A stretch of 64,000 bases of DNA from Spirochaetia bacterium (GTDB lineage Bacteria > Spirochaetota > Spirochaetia > SZUA-6 > Bin103). Position 1 is the stretch's first letter. Each line of letters begins with the position of its first letter. The stretch is taken from the NCBI GenBank assembly GCA_965208065.1, contig OZ242313.1, positions 4,382,369 to 4,446,368 on the forward strand. Direction: 5' to 3'. Position numbers and translations under genes: made by a program. Shown piece by piece: positions 18,370-28,020 of the stretch. A model generated the notes under the pieces. The model worked only from the letters and a program-made list of their open reading frames with translations, was not told the DNA's origin and searched no databases.

Positions 18370-20544
18370 CTACGCCTGCTCGTCGACGGCGCCCAGCTTC
18401 GCGGGCGGCTGCAGCGGCAGTTCGATCACCATCTCCGTGAACGCACCCGGCTCGGTGTTGACCTCAATGGTGCCGCCGTGCTCGCGCACGATGTCGGCGG
18501 ACATCGCCAGGCCGAGACCGGTGCCCTTGCCGGCCGGCTTGGTGGTGAAGAACGGCGCGAAGATCTTGGCCACGACCTCCGGCGGCATGCCGTCGGCGTT
18601 GTCCTTGATGCGGATTACGGCGCTGTCGGCGGTGCGCTTGCTGGAGATGTGCAGGGTCGGCTGGTAGGAACCGCCCTCGCTGCCGACGCCGGCGCGGCGC
18701 TTGTCGTCGGTGGCGTCGCAGGCGTTGGCCACCATGTTCAGGAATACCCGGCCAAGGTCTTGCGGGATCACTTCCATTTCCCCCAGCCCGGCATCCAGGT
18801 CGTACTGCACATCGAGTTGGAAATCCGGGTCGGTGGCGCGCGCGCTGTGGTAGGCCAGCCGTGCGTATTCCTCCAGCAAGCCGTTGATGTCGACCTTCAG
18901 CACCTCCGCGGAGTGGCGCCCGAGCATCAGCATGTCGTGCACGATGCGGTTGGCGCGGTCGCCGTGCGAGCGGATGCGCCCCAGGTTGTCGACCAGGTCG
19001 CCGGTGATCTCGGCGAGCAGCGAGCGCTGCTCCTCGTCCAGCTTGTCGCCGCCCTCCTCCAGCACTTCCTTCAGCTCGTCGATCAGCTCTGCCGACGCCT
19101 CCGAGAAGTTCTTGACGAAGTTCAGCGGGTTGCGGATCTCGTGCGCGACGCCGGCGGTCAGCTCGCCGAGCGCGGCCAGCTTCTCGCGCATCACGATCTG
19201 GTCCTGGGCACGGCCCAAGTCCTCGAGCGCCGTCTCGAGCTGCTCGTTCTTGCCCTTCAACTCATCCGCCAACCGCTCCACCAGGTTCAGGCGCTGCACC
19301 TCCAGGGCGTGGCGGCGGAACACCTCCAGGGCCGCGGCCATGTCGGCCACCTCGTCGCGCCCGCCGATCTCCACCCGCGCCTCCAGGTCGCCGCCGGCCA
19401 TGCGCCGCATCCAGTCGGACAGCTTGCCCAGCCGGTGCAGCAGCACCCGCCCGATGAACAGCCAGGCGATCAGCACGGCGCCGACCAGGCTGATGGCGCT
19501 GATCAGCAGCAGCAGCGTGCGGGCGGTCAGGATCGCCTGCGTGGAGGCCTGCGTCGCCGCCCGCGTGTGCCCGTGCGCGGTGCCCACCAACTCATCCACT
19601 ACCGCCACCAGTTCCACGGCGAGGTCCCGGTTGTGCGCCAACAGGTCGCGCTGGCGCTCGGCCAGGCGCAGTTCGCGAGTGCGCAGGTCGAAGCCACTGC
19701 CGCGTTCCAGGCCCAGTGCCACCAGCCGGGCGAAGATCGGCACCACTTCGGCGCGCAGGGAAGATTCCTCCAGCGCCGCCAGGCTGCGCTCGATGCGGCC
19801 CGCCGCGGACTCGAAGCGCTCGCGCAGCGGCTCGATCGACGAGGCGTCCTGCAGGTTGAATGCGCTTGCCAGAAGCTGCGAGGCGATGCTGCCGTCCGCC
19901 TGCAGGTCGGCGAGCCGGCGGTAGCGCCCGAGTTCGCGCTCCGACAGGTGCTCGGTGCGCGGCGCCGGCGGCTCGCCGAGGGTACGGTACCCGGTGATGG
20001 TGTAGAACAGCTGGTCGTCGATCGCCGGCACCACCAGTTCCTCCAGGCTGCTGCGCAGCGCGCCAAGCTCGGCGCGCAATTCGGCACTCTGTTCGTTGAG
20101 CGGGAACAGTTCGAGCATGCCGTCGCCGATCGCCTCGATATTGGACAGGAGCGTGTCGGCATGGGCGCGCACGCGCGCGATGGTGGCCGCGTCGGCGCCT
20201 ACCTGGTGCAGCGCATCGAGTTCCTCCTGCAGCGCGTCGTGGGTGTCGGTGATGCGGGAGGCAACGCCGGAGAACTCCGCACGCGTCGCGGCGGTGGTGA
20301 GCCGTGGCGCCGCCGCCACCAGGCTGCTGGCGTGCTGCGCAACGCCGAACGATGCCACCATCTCGGGAACGCTGCCTTCGTTCACCCGCCGCTGCACGCT
20401 GGCGACACGATCCAGGAACAGCCAGGCAACCAGACTCGCCGCGACCGTGAGCGTTACCGCGGCGCCGATGCCCAGGAAGAACTGGCCCGAGAGGCGGGAC
20501 GGGTAGTGCAGCAACTGCTGCAAGCGCTCTCTCACTCCCGGCAT
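18370..20544 (-). CDS. sensor histidine kinase with a large N-terminal periplasmic sensor domain and a HAMP domain
   Basis: Two TM segments flank a ~300-aa extracytoplasmic region; HAMP; HisKA 'AHEIRNPLN'; HATPase_c G-boxes 'GKGTGLGLAM'. Confidence 0.85.
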   Translation of the reverse strand: MPGVRERLQQLLHYPSRLSGQFFLGIGAAVTLTVAASLVAWLFLDRVASVQRRVNEGSVPEMVASFGVAQHASSLVAAAPRLTTAATRAEFSGVASRITDTHDALQEELDALHQVGADAATIARVRAHADTLLSNIEAIGDGMLELFPLNEQSAELRAELGALRSSLEELVVPAIDDQLFYTITGYRTLGEPPAPRTEHLSERELGRYRRLADLQADGSIASQLLASAFNLQDASSIEPLRERFESAAGRIERSLAALEESSLRAEVVPIFARLVALGLERGSGFDLRTRELRLAERQRDLLAHNRDLAVELVAVVDELVGTAHGHTRAATQASTQAILTARTLLLLISAISLVGAVLIAWLFIGRVLLHRLGKLSDWMRRMAGGDLEARVEIGGRDEVADMAAALEVFRRHALEVQRLNLVERLADELKGKNEQLETALEDLGRAQDQIVMREKLAALGELTAGVAHEIRNPLNFVKNFSEASAELIDELKEVLEEGGDKLDEEQRSLLAEITGDLVDNLGRIRSHGDRANRIVHDMLMLGRHSAEVLKVDINGLLEEYARLAYHSARATDPDFQLDVQYDLDAGLGEMEVIPQDLGRVFLNMVANACDATDDKRRAGVGSEGGSYQPTLHISSKRTADSAVIRIKDNADGMPPEVVAKIFAPFFTTKPAGKGTGLGLAMSADIVREHGGTIEVNTEPGAFTEMVIELPLQPPAKLGAVDEQA

Positions 20545-20566
20545 GTGCCCGCGACCGCCGTCTCGC

Positions 20567-21847
20567 TCAACGTCCCGGTGCGGAGCCGTGGTCCAGGGCA
20601 GCCGCCGGCCGGTACCGTCCATCCGCGCCGATCCGGGTCAGGAACACCGCGTCGGAGCCCTGGTTGTCGGCGTCGCCGTAGCGCAGCTCGAAGCCGTCGA
20701 TGTCGATCACGTCGCTGCCGCGCAGGCTGCCCAGAAAGCAGTCCCGCGTTACCTCGGCGCCGCAGCCCGCCACCCCCGCCACGGCCAGCCGCCCGGCCAG
20801 GTAACCCTCGAAGGAAACGAAACCGGGCTCCGCCTCAGGATCGTAAGCCGCCAGGGCGCGCAGGTAGGAGCCGACCACGGGCAGGGCGTCGTCGGTGGGA
20901 AACGGTACCACCTGGGTCACGTACACCCCTTCGCCGGCCGCACCGAGCTCCTCGGCGAGCGCGTTGCTGCCCACGAACGACACGGTAAGGAAGGCCGGAT
21001 CCATCCCCACGTGCCGCGCCCACCTGATCAGCGCCGCCACCGGCTGGTAGGCGCCGATCATGATCACCGCCTCCGGTTCGCCGCGGCGCAGGTCGAGCAG
21101 GGCGGTCTTCACGGCGGTGGTGTTGCGCGGATAGAGGCCGATCGACACCGGCTGCATGGCGCGCCGGTCGAGCGCCAGCCGCACGCCGCGGTAGCCGGCA
21201 CGGCCAAACGAGTCGTCCTGGTACAGCACCGCGATGCGGGTCACCCCCAGGTCCTCGGTCAGCCGGGCGACCATCTCCTCGGTCTCCTGGTAGTAGGAGG
21301 CGCGCAGGTTGAGCACGTTGTCCCACTCCGGATCGCGCAGGAACTCGGCGCCGGTGAACGGGGCGATATAGGGCACGCCCGCCTGCGCGGCGACTGGCGT
21401 CGCGGAGCGCGAGGTGGGGGTGCCGACCGCGCCGATCAGGGCGAATACCTGGTCCTCTTCGATCAGGTGGAAGGTGTTGGCGATCGCCGCCTCCGGCTCG
21501 TAGGCGTCGTCGTGGGACACCAGCTGCAGCCGGCGGCCGTGGACGCCGCCGCTGCTATTTGCTTCGTCGAACGCCGCCTCGATGCCCAGCCGCATGTTCC
21601 TGCCCAGCTCACTGGCCGGGCCGCTGAAGGCGGCCGACTGCCCAAACAGGATGCGCGCCGCGGACACGCCCGGCACCGGCGTGTCACTCGCCGCCGCGGA
21701 CACCGACGTGCCCGCTTCTTCGCTGGCCGCGGCCGGCGGCGCGGGTACCGAAGAGTCGTCCCGATCACAGGACAGCAGCCCGGCCAGCGATACGGCGCAG
21801 GCCAGGGACACGGCAGCCGCGTTGTACGCGTGACGCCGCGGCTTCAC
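20567..21847 (-). CDS. periplasmic binding lipoprotein, LivK/Peripla_BP_6-like (branched-chain amino acid-type ligand-binding fold)
   Basis: GTG start; signal peptide with lipobox 'LLSC'; type I periplasmic-binding-fold motifs; sits directly between the kinase and the REC-PP2C gene. Confidence 0.8.
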   Translation of the reverse strand: MKPRRHAYNAAAVSLACAVSLAGLLSCDRDDSSVPAPPAAASEEAGTSVSAAASDTPVPGVSAARILFGQSAAFSGPASELGRNMRLGIEAAFDEANSSGGVHGRRLQLVSHDDAYEPEAAIANTFHLIEEDQVFALIGAVGTPTSRSATPVAAQAGVPYIAPFTGAEFLRDPEWDNVLNLRASYYQETEEMVARLTEDLGVTRIAVLYQDDSFGRAGYRGVRLALDRRAMQPVSIGLYPRNTTAVKTALLDLRRGEPEAVIMIGAYQPVAALIRWARHVGMDPAFLTVSFVGSNALAEELGAAGEGVYVTQVVPFPTDDALPVVGSYLRALAAYDPEAEPGFVSFEGYLAGRLAVAGVAGCGAEVTRDCFLGSLRGSDVIDIDGFELRYGDADNQGSDAVFLTRIGADGRYRPAAALDHGSAPGR

Positions 21848-21851
21848 CGAC

Positions 21852-23024
21852 TCAGGTCTCGAATTCGCCGCGCGAGATAACCAGGCAGGTAACGTCGTCC
21901 GACTGCGCGGTGTCTCCGGCGAACGCGTGCACGGCATCGAACACCGCCTGGCTGGCCGCCCTGCTTCCCTCCGGGACGCCGCCGGCAAAGATGGCGCGCA
22001 GGCGCTGCACCCCGAACTCCTCCTGGTCGGCGTTCATCGCCTCGGTCACGCCGTCCGTGTACAGCACCAGCATTTCGCCCGGCTCGAGGGTCATGGCGGA
22101 TTGCGCGTAAGGGTAGTCGGGCATCACCCCCAGGGCCACCCCGCCGGTGAGCGGGAGCAGTTCGGAACTGCCGTCCGCGCGCACCAGTAACGGCGAGTTG
22201 TGTCCGCCATTGGCGTAGGTGAACGCTCCCGTCGCCGGGTCGAAGGTCGCATACAGCACGGTCACGAACATCAACCCCTGGTTGTCCTCGGTGAGCAGGT
22301 TGTTGACCTCCCCCAGCACCTCGCCGGGGTCGGAGAGCCCCACGGCGGCGCCCTTCAGCAGGGTGCGTGAGGACATCATGAACAGGGATGCGGGCACGCC
22401 CTTGTCCGAGACGTCGGCGATCGCCACCCCAACCAGACCGTTCTGGAGCGTCACGATGTCGAAAAAGTCGCCTCCGACCGCGCGCGCCGCCTCCATTTGG
22501 CCGTGAATCCGGTAGTCGCTGCCGCCGGGAAAGCGCGTCGGCAGGATCGACTGCTGCATCTTGCTCGCCAGGTCCAGCTCGTTCTGCAGCACCACCAGCC
22601 GGTCGCGCGACGCCAGCGCCTCGCGCCACTCGGCGACCCGGCGCAGCGTGCGTTCGATGGTGACCTTGAGATCCTCGAAGTCGAGCGGCTTGGTGACAAA
22701 GTCGAACGCGCCCCGGTTCATGGCGGTGCGGATGTTGTCCATATCGCCGTAAGCGGAGACGATGACGCAGCGCAGGTTGGGGTCGACCTTCGGAATCTGC
22801 GCGAGCAGGGTCAGTCCGTCCATCTTCGGCATGTTGATGTCGGACAGCACCATGTCGACGTCGCTGTGCACCTCGAGCATCTCCAGGGCTTCCACGCCGT
22901 CGTGGGCAAACACGAACTCGTAGCGGCCGGCACGGACGTCGCGCCGCATGCGCTGCCTTATGAGCGGCTCGACGTCCGGCTCGTCGTCGACGACCAGAAT
23001 CTTGTGCGGCTTTGCGGGGCTCAT
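21852..23024 (-). CDS. response regulator receiver fused to a PP2C-type (SpoIIE/RsbU-like) Ser/Thr phosphatase
   Basis: REC motifs (VVDDEP ... MVLSDINMP ... K) followed by PP2C/SpoIIE motifs (GGDFFD, ADVSDKG, YTDGVTEA); GGAGG RBS upstream. Confidence 0.85.
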   Translation of the reverse strand: MSPAKPHKILVVDDEPDVEPLIRQRMRRDVRAGRYEFVFAHDGVEALEMLEVHSDVDMVLSDINMPKMDGLTLLAQIPKVDPNLRCVIVSAYGDMDNIRTAMNRGAFDFVTKPLDFEDLKVTIERTLRRVAEWREALASRDRLVVLQNELDLASKMQQSILPTRFPGGSDYRIHGQMEAARAVGGDFFDIVTLQNGLVGVAIADVSDKGVPASLFMMSSRTLLKGAAVGLSDPGEVLGEVNNLLTEDNQGLMFVTVLYATFDPATGAFTYANGGHNSPLLVRADGSSELLPLTGGVALGVMPDYPYAQSAMTLEPGEMLVLYTDGVTEAMNADQEEFGVQRLRAIFAGGVPEGSRAASQAVFDAVHAFAGDTAQSDDVTCLVISRGEFET

Positions 23025-23053
23025 CACTACGCCTCCCCTGGTATGCTCCTGAG

Positions 23054-24532
23054 CTACGTCGGCGCCGCCTGCGAAACGGATGCCTCCATCCCGAACCGTT
23101 CGGTCGCCTGCAAGGTTTCCCGAACGTCGTCCCAGGTGGTGTTGTGGTTGATGATACAGAGCCTGAGCGCGAACGTCCCGTGCAACAGCGTCGACGACAG
23201 AAACGCGCGGTCTTCCCAGAACACGCGGGCCAGCACCTTGCGGTTGACCTGTTCCAGCGCCGGCTCGTCGTGGCCGCGGTCCGCCGGGTTGACGCGGAAG
23301 CACACGATCCCGAGCGACACCGGCGTCAGGAACTCCAGCACCGCGCTCTCCCGCACGTACTCCTCGGCGCGCGCAGCCAGCTCCATCCCCTTGTCTACCG
23401 CGCGCCGGAACGCCGCCATGCCGAAAGTCTGAATCGACATCCACACCTTCAAACCGCGAAACGAGCGGCTCAGTTGCAAGCCCCGGTCGGACATGTTGGG
23501 GTGGTTCGCCCCCCACACCGTGTCCTGCAGGATGTCGTGGTGCACTTCGAACGCGTGTTCGAGGGTGCGTGCGTCCTTGACCAGCAGCGCACCCGCCTCG
23601 TACGGCTGGAACAGCCACTTGTGCGGGTCCAGCCCGATCGAATCGGCGCGCTCAATCCCGCTCAGGAACTGCTTGCCGCGTTCGGTAACCACTGCGAAGC
23701 CGCCGTAGGCAGCGTCCACGTGCATCCAGATGCCCTCGGCCGCGCAGTAGTCCGCAATCGCCGGCAGCGGATCGACCGCGCCCGTGCTGCTCGTCCCGGC
23801 GTTCGCGCAGACCGCGATCGGGGTGCAACCCGCGGCGCGGTCGTCGGCCACGGCGCGCGCCAGGAGGTCCATGTCCAGCCGGAACTGCGCGTCGCTCGGC
23901 AGCAGCCTGATGCGTTCCGGGCGCACGCCGACGATGCGCGCCGCGCGGACGTGGGCGCTGTGGCTCTGGTCGCTCATGTACACGGTGGCGCGTTCCGGGT
24001 GGCCGGCCGCCTCGCGCGCCGCCACGAACGCATCGACGCTGGCCGCCGAGCCGCCGCTGGTCAGCAGACCGCCGGCGCCGTCGGGATAGCCGAGCCAGCG
24101 GCGAAACCAGTCGATTACCACCAACTCGACCTGGCTGGCCCCGCTCGCGACCAGCCAGGTGCAGGCGTTGACGTTGTAGCCCGCGGCCAGGAAATCGGCC
24201 AGTATGCCGGGCCAGGTTGGGGCGGACGGGATGAACCCGAAGCAGCGCGGGTGGTCCAACCGGATTGCGAGCGGCAGGATTTCGCGGGCGGCCTGCTCCA
24301 TTACCTCCACCGGCGGCCGGCCCGCCTCCGGGGGCGCGGCCATCAACTGGTGGTCGAGCACCTGCTTGAACTCGCCGTCCCAGGCGTTTTCGCCCGGCAG
24401 CTCCCCGATGCGCTCTACCAGCAGTTCCGCTGCCCGGCGCGCGAGATCGAGCATCTGCTCCGGCGCCATCGCCAAGTCATCGCGCACCTGGTCGTGCGGC
24501 GGCTTTCCCGTGCTTGTTGCGATCCTATCCAT
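23054..24532 (-). CDS. pyridoxal-phosphate-dependent group II decarboxylase (aromatic-amino-acid/DABA decarboxylase family)
   Basis: 492 aa; 'SIGLDPHKWL' PLP-lysine motif of Pyridoxal_deC; first gene of the minus-strand operon. Confidence 0.85.
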   Translation of the reverse strand: MDRIATSTGKPPHDQVRDDLAMAPEQMLDLARRAAELLVERIGELPGENAWDGEFKQVLDHQLMAAPPEAGRPPVEVMEQAAREILPLAIRLDHPRCFGFIPSAPTWPGILADFLAAGYNVNACTWLVASGASQVELVVIDWFRRWLGYPDGAGGLLTSGGSAASVDAFVAAREAAGHPERATVYMSDQSHSAHVRAARIVGVRPERIRLLPSDAQFRLDMDLLARAVADDRAAGCTPIAVCANAGTSSTGAVDPLPAIADYCAAEGIWMHVDAAYGGFAVVTERGKQFLSGIERADSIGLDPHKWLFQPYEAGALLVKDARTLEHAFEVHHDILQDTVWGANHPNMSDRGLQLSRSFRGLKVWMSIQTFGMAAFRRAVDKGMELAARAEEYVRESAVLEFLTPVSLGIVCFRVNPADRGHDEPALEQVNRKVLARVFWEDRAFLSSTLLHGTFALRLCIINHNTTWDDVRETLQATERFGMEASVSQAAPT

Positions 24533-24628
24533 CTACGGCAGGCTACCCCGGCATCGCGGTCAGGAGCAAACCGCCGCAACCAGTCGGCTGTACTGCGACG
24601 GCTCTCGGAGTGAGCGCCGTGGGCGCCG

Positions 24629-25132
24629 CTACGATTTGCTCCAGGTACACTCGCCGGTCGTTACCAACCGATCGCCGGCCAGGTACTGGGTCGCGTAGGG
24701 GCAGGTTCCGGTGATGCCGGCGTACTTTCCGGTGCCACCGCGCAACTCCCAGCTGCCTTCGCCGCCACCGCCGGTGCCGATCGTACCCTGGTCCCGAATT
24801 GCCGTCGTGTACAGAAGGTCGCCATCGAGGTCGGTGTTCACGCACGGCGCCTCCAGCGTGATGCCGGCGTCCGAGCTGTGCGAAAACACCAGGCACTCGG
24901 AGGTACTGTGCATGCCATCGGCAAACGGACCGCCGCTGCTGTCGAGAACCGTCTGCGTGCCCTTCAACACGCCGCCAGTATAGGACTCATCGGAATGTTC
25001 CACGGTGATGTACGAGTGCTGGTAACTTCTGAGCATGAAAAAGGTTCCGCTCTCGTCCGCCAGCGCCGTGCCGGCTCCCGCCACGAGCAGCGCCACGGCT
25101 GCCGCAATACCGATAGTCATTCGTTCGAACAT
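24629..25132 (-). CDS. secreted hypothetical protein (4 Cys, Gly/Thr-rich)
   Basis: Cleavable signal peptide 'MTIGIAAAVALLVAGAGTALA'; no recognisable domain. Confidence 0.55.
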   Translation of the reverse strand: MFERMTIGIAAAVALLVAGAGTALADESGTFFMLRSYQHSYITVEHSDESYTGGVLKGTQTVLDSSGGPFADGMHSTSECLVFSHSSDAGITLEAPCVNTDLDGDLLYTTAIRDQGTIGTGGGGEGSWELRGGTGKYAGITGTCPYATQYLAGDRLVTTGECTWSKS

Positions 25133-25308
25133 CGCAATACTCCCTTCGATCAAATCAGGCCGTTGCCTGCGTGCATTGGAATCGCCGCGAAGATAACTAG
25201 CACCATGACCGCTTTCAACCGCAAGGTTGCCAGCGCGGCCAGCGCGTCACACCCTCGACACCGGCGCGTTGCTCCTGCACCATTCAGCATACCGTGACGA
25301 GGAGGGCA

Positions 25309-25677
25309 ATGGTGAGTCAAGATCACGTGAAGCCGAGCAGTAGCAAGGCGCAGCGAGAGGAACGGCTGCCCGCTTTTCTGGACCGGGTGATCGCCGATTA
25401 CCCGGAGGTGTGGCGGGCGTATCGGATGCTCGGCAATGCGGCCGCGAATGCCGGCCCGCTCGACGCGCGATCGCAACGGCTGGTCAAGCTTGCCCTGGCG
25501 GTTGGCGCCCGCTCGCAGGGCGCCGTCCACTCGCACGCACGCCGCGCCCTGCGCGAGGGCATCCCGGCGGCAGCAGTACTGCAGGTGCCGTTGCTCGCGG
25601 TGTCTTCCATCGGCTGGTCGGCGGCCATGGCCGCGCTGGCCTGGGTGCGCGACGTCACCGACGCCGCGGCTTCGTGA
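25309..25677 (+). CDS. carboxymuconolactone decarboxylase / AhpD-like family protein
   Basis: CMD-family helical core, ~120 aa. Confidence 0.65.
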   Translation: MVSQDHVKPSSSKAQREERLPAFLDRVIADYPEVWRAYRMLGNAAANAGPLDARSQRLVKLALAVGARSQGAVHSHARRALREGIPAAAVLQVPLLAVSSIGWSAAMAALAWVRDVTDAAAS

Positions 25678-25739
25678 ACGGCGTGCAGCCGCCGCCGGGA
25701 CGCCGCTCGCGCAGCGTGGACCGGTAACGAGGCAAGGGC

Positions 25740-26789
25740 ATGGCACACACCACCGTTGCCGTGATCGGCGACCGGTTTGTCCGCACCACCCTCCTGCGGG
25801 ACGCCATTGAGGACGCCATTGAAGAGGCCGCCGGCGGCCTTGCGGATAAGCTGCGCTTCGTTACCGACGAGCACGACTGGCCCGATGTGCCGATGGCCCA
25901 CGACGGGGAGATCCGCGAGTACACCGGCGACGCGGATCGGGTGACCGCCGTGCTGCGGGAGGCGCAGGTGGCGGCGGTGCACATGGCAGCCCTCGGCGCG
26001 AAGGTGCTGGCGGCGGCGCCCGAGCTGCGGCTGGTGGCGTGCGCGCGCAGCGGCGCCGTAAACGTGAACCTGGAGGAAGCGAAGCGGCGCGGGGTGGTGG
26101 TGTGCAACGCACCGGGGCGCAACGCGCGGGCGGTAGCGGAGTTCACGGTGGCGCTGATCATCGACGTGACCAAGGGCCTCGCCCGCGGCCACCGCGACCT
26201 GACCGCGGCGGGGCGCTGGCGCACCGACTTGTACCGCCACGACACGGTGGGCGAGGACTTGGCGGCGCTGACCGTCGGCCTGCTGGGGATGGGCCACATC
26301 GGCCGCCTGCTGGCGCCGCTGCTGACGGCGTTCGGCGCCCGGGTGCTGGGTTGCGACCCCTACGTTCCGGCGCAGGTGTTGGCCGCCGCCGGGGTGGAGC
26401 CGTGCGCGTTCGCGGAGCTGCTGGCGCGGTCCGACGTGGTAAGCCTGCACGCCCGCCACCGCCCGGGAACCGCTCCGCTCCTCGGCGCGCGGGAGCTGGC
26501 GCAGATGCGCCGCGGCGCCTACCTGATCCAGACCGCGCGCAGCCCGCTGCTCGACTACGACGCCCTGGCGCGGGAGCTGGCGCAAGGGCATCTGGCAGGC
26601 GCCGCCATCGACGTGTTCCCGGACGAGCCTCTGCCCGCCGGCCACCCCCTGCGGGCGCTGCCCAACGTCACCCTCACCCCGCACATCGCCGGCGCCTCGC
26701 GCGGCAGCGCCCGCGCCGGCGCCCGCATGGCCGCCGCCGCGGTGGCCGCATGGCTGCGCGGGGAGCCGCCTCCCCACCGCATGGTCTAG
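25740..26789 (+). CDS. D-isomer-specific 2-hydroxyacid dehydrogenase (NAD-binding)
   Basis: 'GLLGMGHIGR' Rossmann motif and catalytic His/Glu/Arg pattern of 2-Hacid_dh_C. Confidence 0.85.
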   Translation: MAHTTVAVIGDRFVRTTLLRDAIEDAIEEAAGGLADKLRFVTDEHDWPDVPMAHDGEIREYTGDADRVTAVLREAQVAAVHMAALGAKVLAAAPELRLVACARSGAVNVNLEEAKRRGVVVCNAPGRNARAVAEFTVALIIDVTKGLARGHRDLTAAGRWRTDLYRHDTVGEDLAALTVGLLGMGHIGRLLAPLLTAFGARVLGCDPYVPAQVLAAAGVEPCAFAELLARSDVVSLHARHRPGTAPLLGARELAQMRRGAYLIQTARSPLLDYDALARELAQGHLAGAAIDVFPDEPLPAGHPLRALPNVTLTPHIAGASRGSARAGARMAAAAVAAWLRGEPPPHRMV

Positions 26790-26812
26790 CCTCTCATGCG
26801 GGTGCCGCGCGG

Positions 26813-27940
26813 TCAGCCGGTTGCCGGCAGCTCGATCAGGTCGCGCGTGGTGGTAGTGAGGACGCGCCCGGCATGCTCCTCAATCACTACCGTGTCCTCG
26901 ATCCGCACGCCGCCGAAGCCGGGGACGTAGATGCCCGGCTCCACCGTCACCACGTGTCCGGGAGCGAGGATGTCATCGCTGCCGGGCCGCAGCGCCGGTG
27001 CCTCGTGGATCGCCAGCCCGACGCCGTGGCCGAGGCTGTGGGTGGGATACTCGCCGTAGCCGGCGGCCGTGATCCCCTCCTTGGCGGCGGCGTCGACTTC
27101 GCTGCAGCGCGCGCCGGCGTGCAGCGCGGCGACGCCGTCCGACTGCACCTGCCGCACCGCCTCGTAGAGGTGTTTCTGGCGCGGCGACGCCGGCCCCACC
27201 ACCACGGTGCGGGTCATGTCGGCGCGGTAGCCGTCCACCGCGGCGCCGAAATCGAACGTGATCATGTCGCCGGGAACGATCTCGCGTGCCGATGGCCGCG
27301 CATGCGGCAACGCGGAGTTGGGTCCGGACGCGGCGATCGTTTCGAATGCGGCGCCGTCGGCGCCGTGCCGGTAGAACAGCTCCTCGAGGCGGCGCGCCAG
27401 TTCGCGCTCGCTGATCCCCGGACGAATCAGGGGCAGCAGTTGCGCAAACGCGGCGTCGCTGATCACGCAGGCACGCGCAATGGCCGCAACTTCCGCCGCG
27501 TCCTTGCGCTCGCGCAACGCGGTAACCGTTCCGCCGGCCGGGTGCAGGGCAACTTCCGGCAGCCCGGCGCGCAATTGATCGCACAACTCCACGGTAACGC
27601 CGGCCGGATCGAATGCCAGCCGGCGCAGCCCGGCGTCCTGCAATGCTGCCGCCAGCTCCTTGGTCGCCGGACGGCCATGCCGTTCGATTTGCCAACCCGG
27701 GCACTGCCGGGCCGCCTGTTCCACGTAGCGCACGTCGGTCAGAAACAGCGCCCGATCGGCGCTGACCACCGCGAACCCGGAGCTGCCCGTGAACCCGGTC
27801 ACGTAGCGCAGGTCGAAGTCTTCCAGGTTCTCCTGCCGCACCAACAGCAGGCCGTCGAACTCTTCGTGCGCGCTCAACCACTCGCGCACCGCGGCCAGAC
27901 GGCTGCCCGCCGCGGAGGCCGATGCCGGGGATATCTCCAT
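26813..27940 (-). CDS. M24 family Xaa-Pro aminopeptidase / creatinase-fold peptidase
   Basis: 'HSLGHGVGLAIHE' metal-binding block and 'GHVVTVEPGIY' motif. Confidence 0.85.
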   Translation of the reverse strand: MEISPASASAAGSRLAAVREWLSAHEEFDGLLLVRQENLEDFDLRYVTGFTGSSGFAVVSADRALFLTDVRYVEQAARQCPGWQIERHGRPATKELAAALQDAGLRRLAFDPAGVTVELCDQLRAGLPEVALHPAGGTVTALRERKDAAEVAAIARACVISDAAFAQLLPLIRPGISERELARRLEELFYRHGADGAAFETIAASGPNSALPHARPSAREIVPGDMITFDFGAAVDGYRADMTRTVVVGPASPRQKHLYEAVRQVQSDGVAALHAGARCSEVDAAAKEGITAAGYGEYPTHSLGHGVGLAIHEAPALRPGSDDILAPGHVVTVEPGIYVPGFGGVRIEDTVVIEEHAGRVLTTTTRDLIELPATG

Positions 27941-28020
27941 GGCGCCATTCTGCCACAAGCGGTCCAGTTTGCTCACGGGCGCGCGCAGCGCCGCGGCGGA
28001 AATGGCGGTATGATGTATCA

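Noticed and set aside
18349-20988. 879-aa plus-strand ORF overlapping the histidine kinase gene
   Set aside because: Antisense of a gene with clear HisKA/HATPase motifs; composition is junk-like (R/A/G/L-rich)
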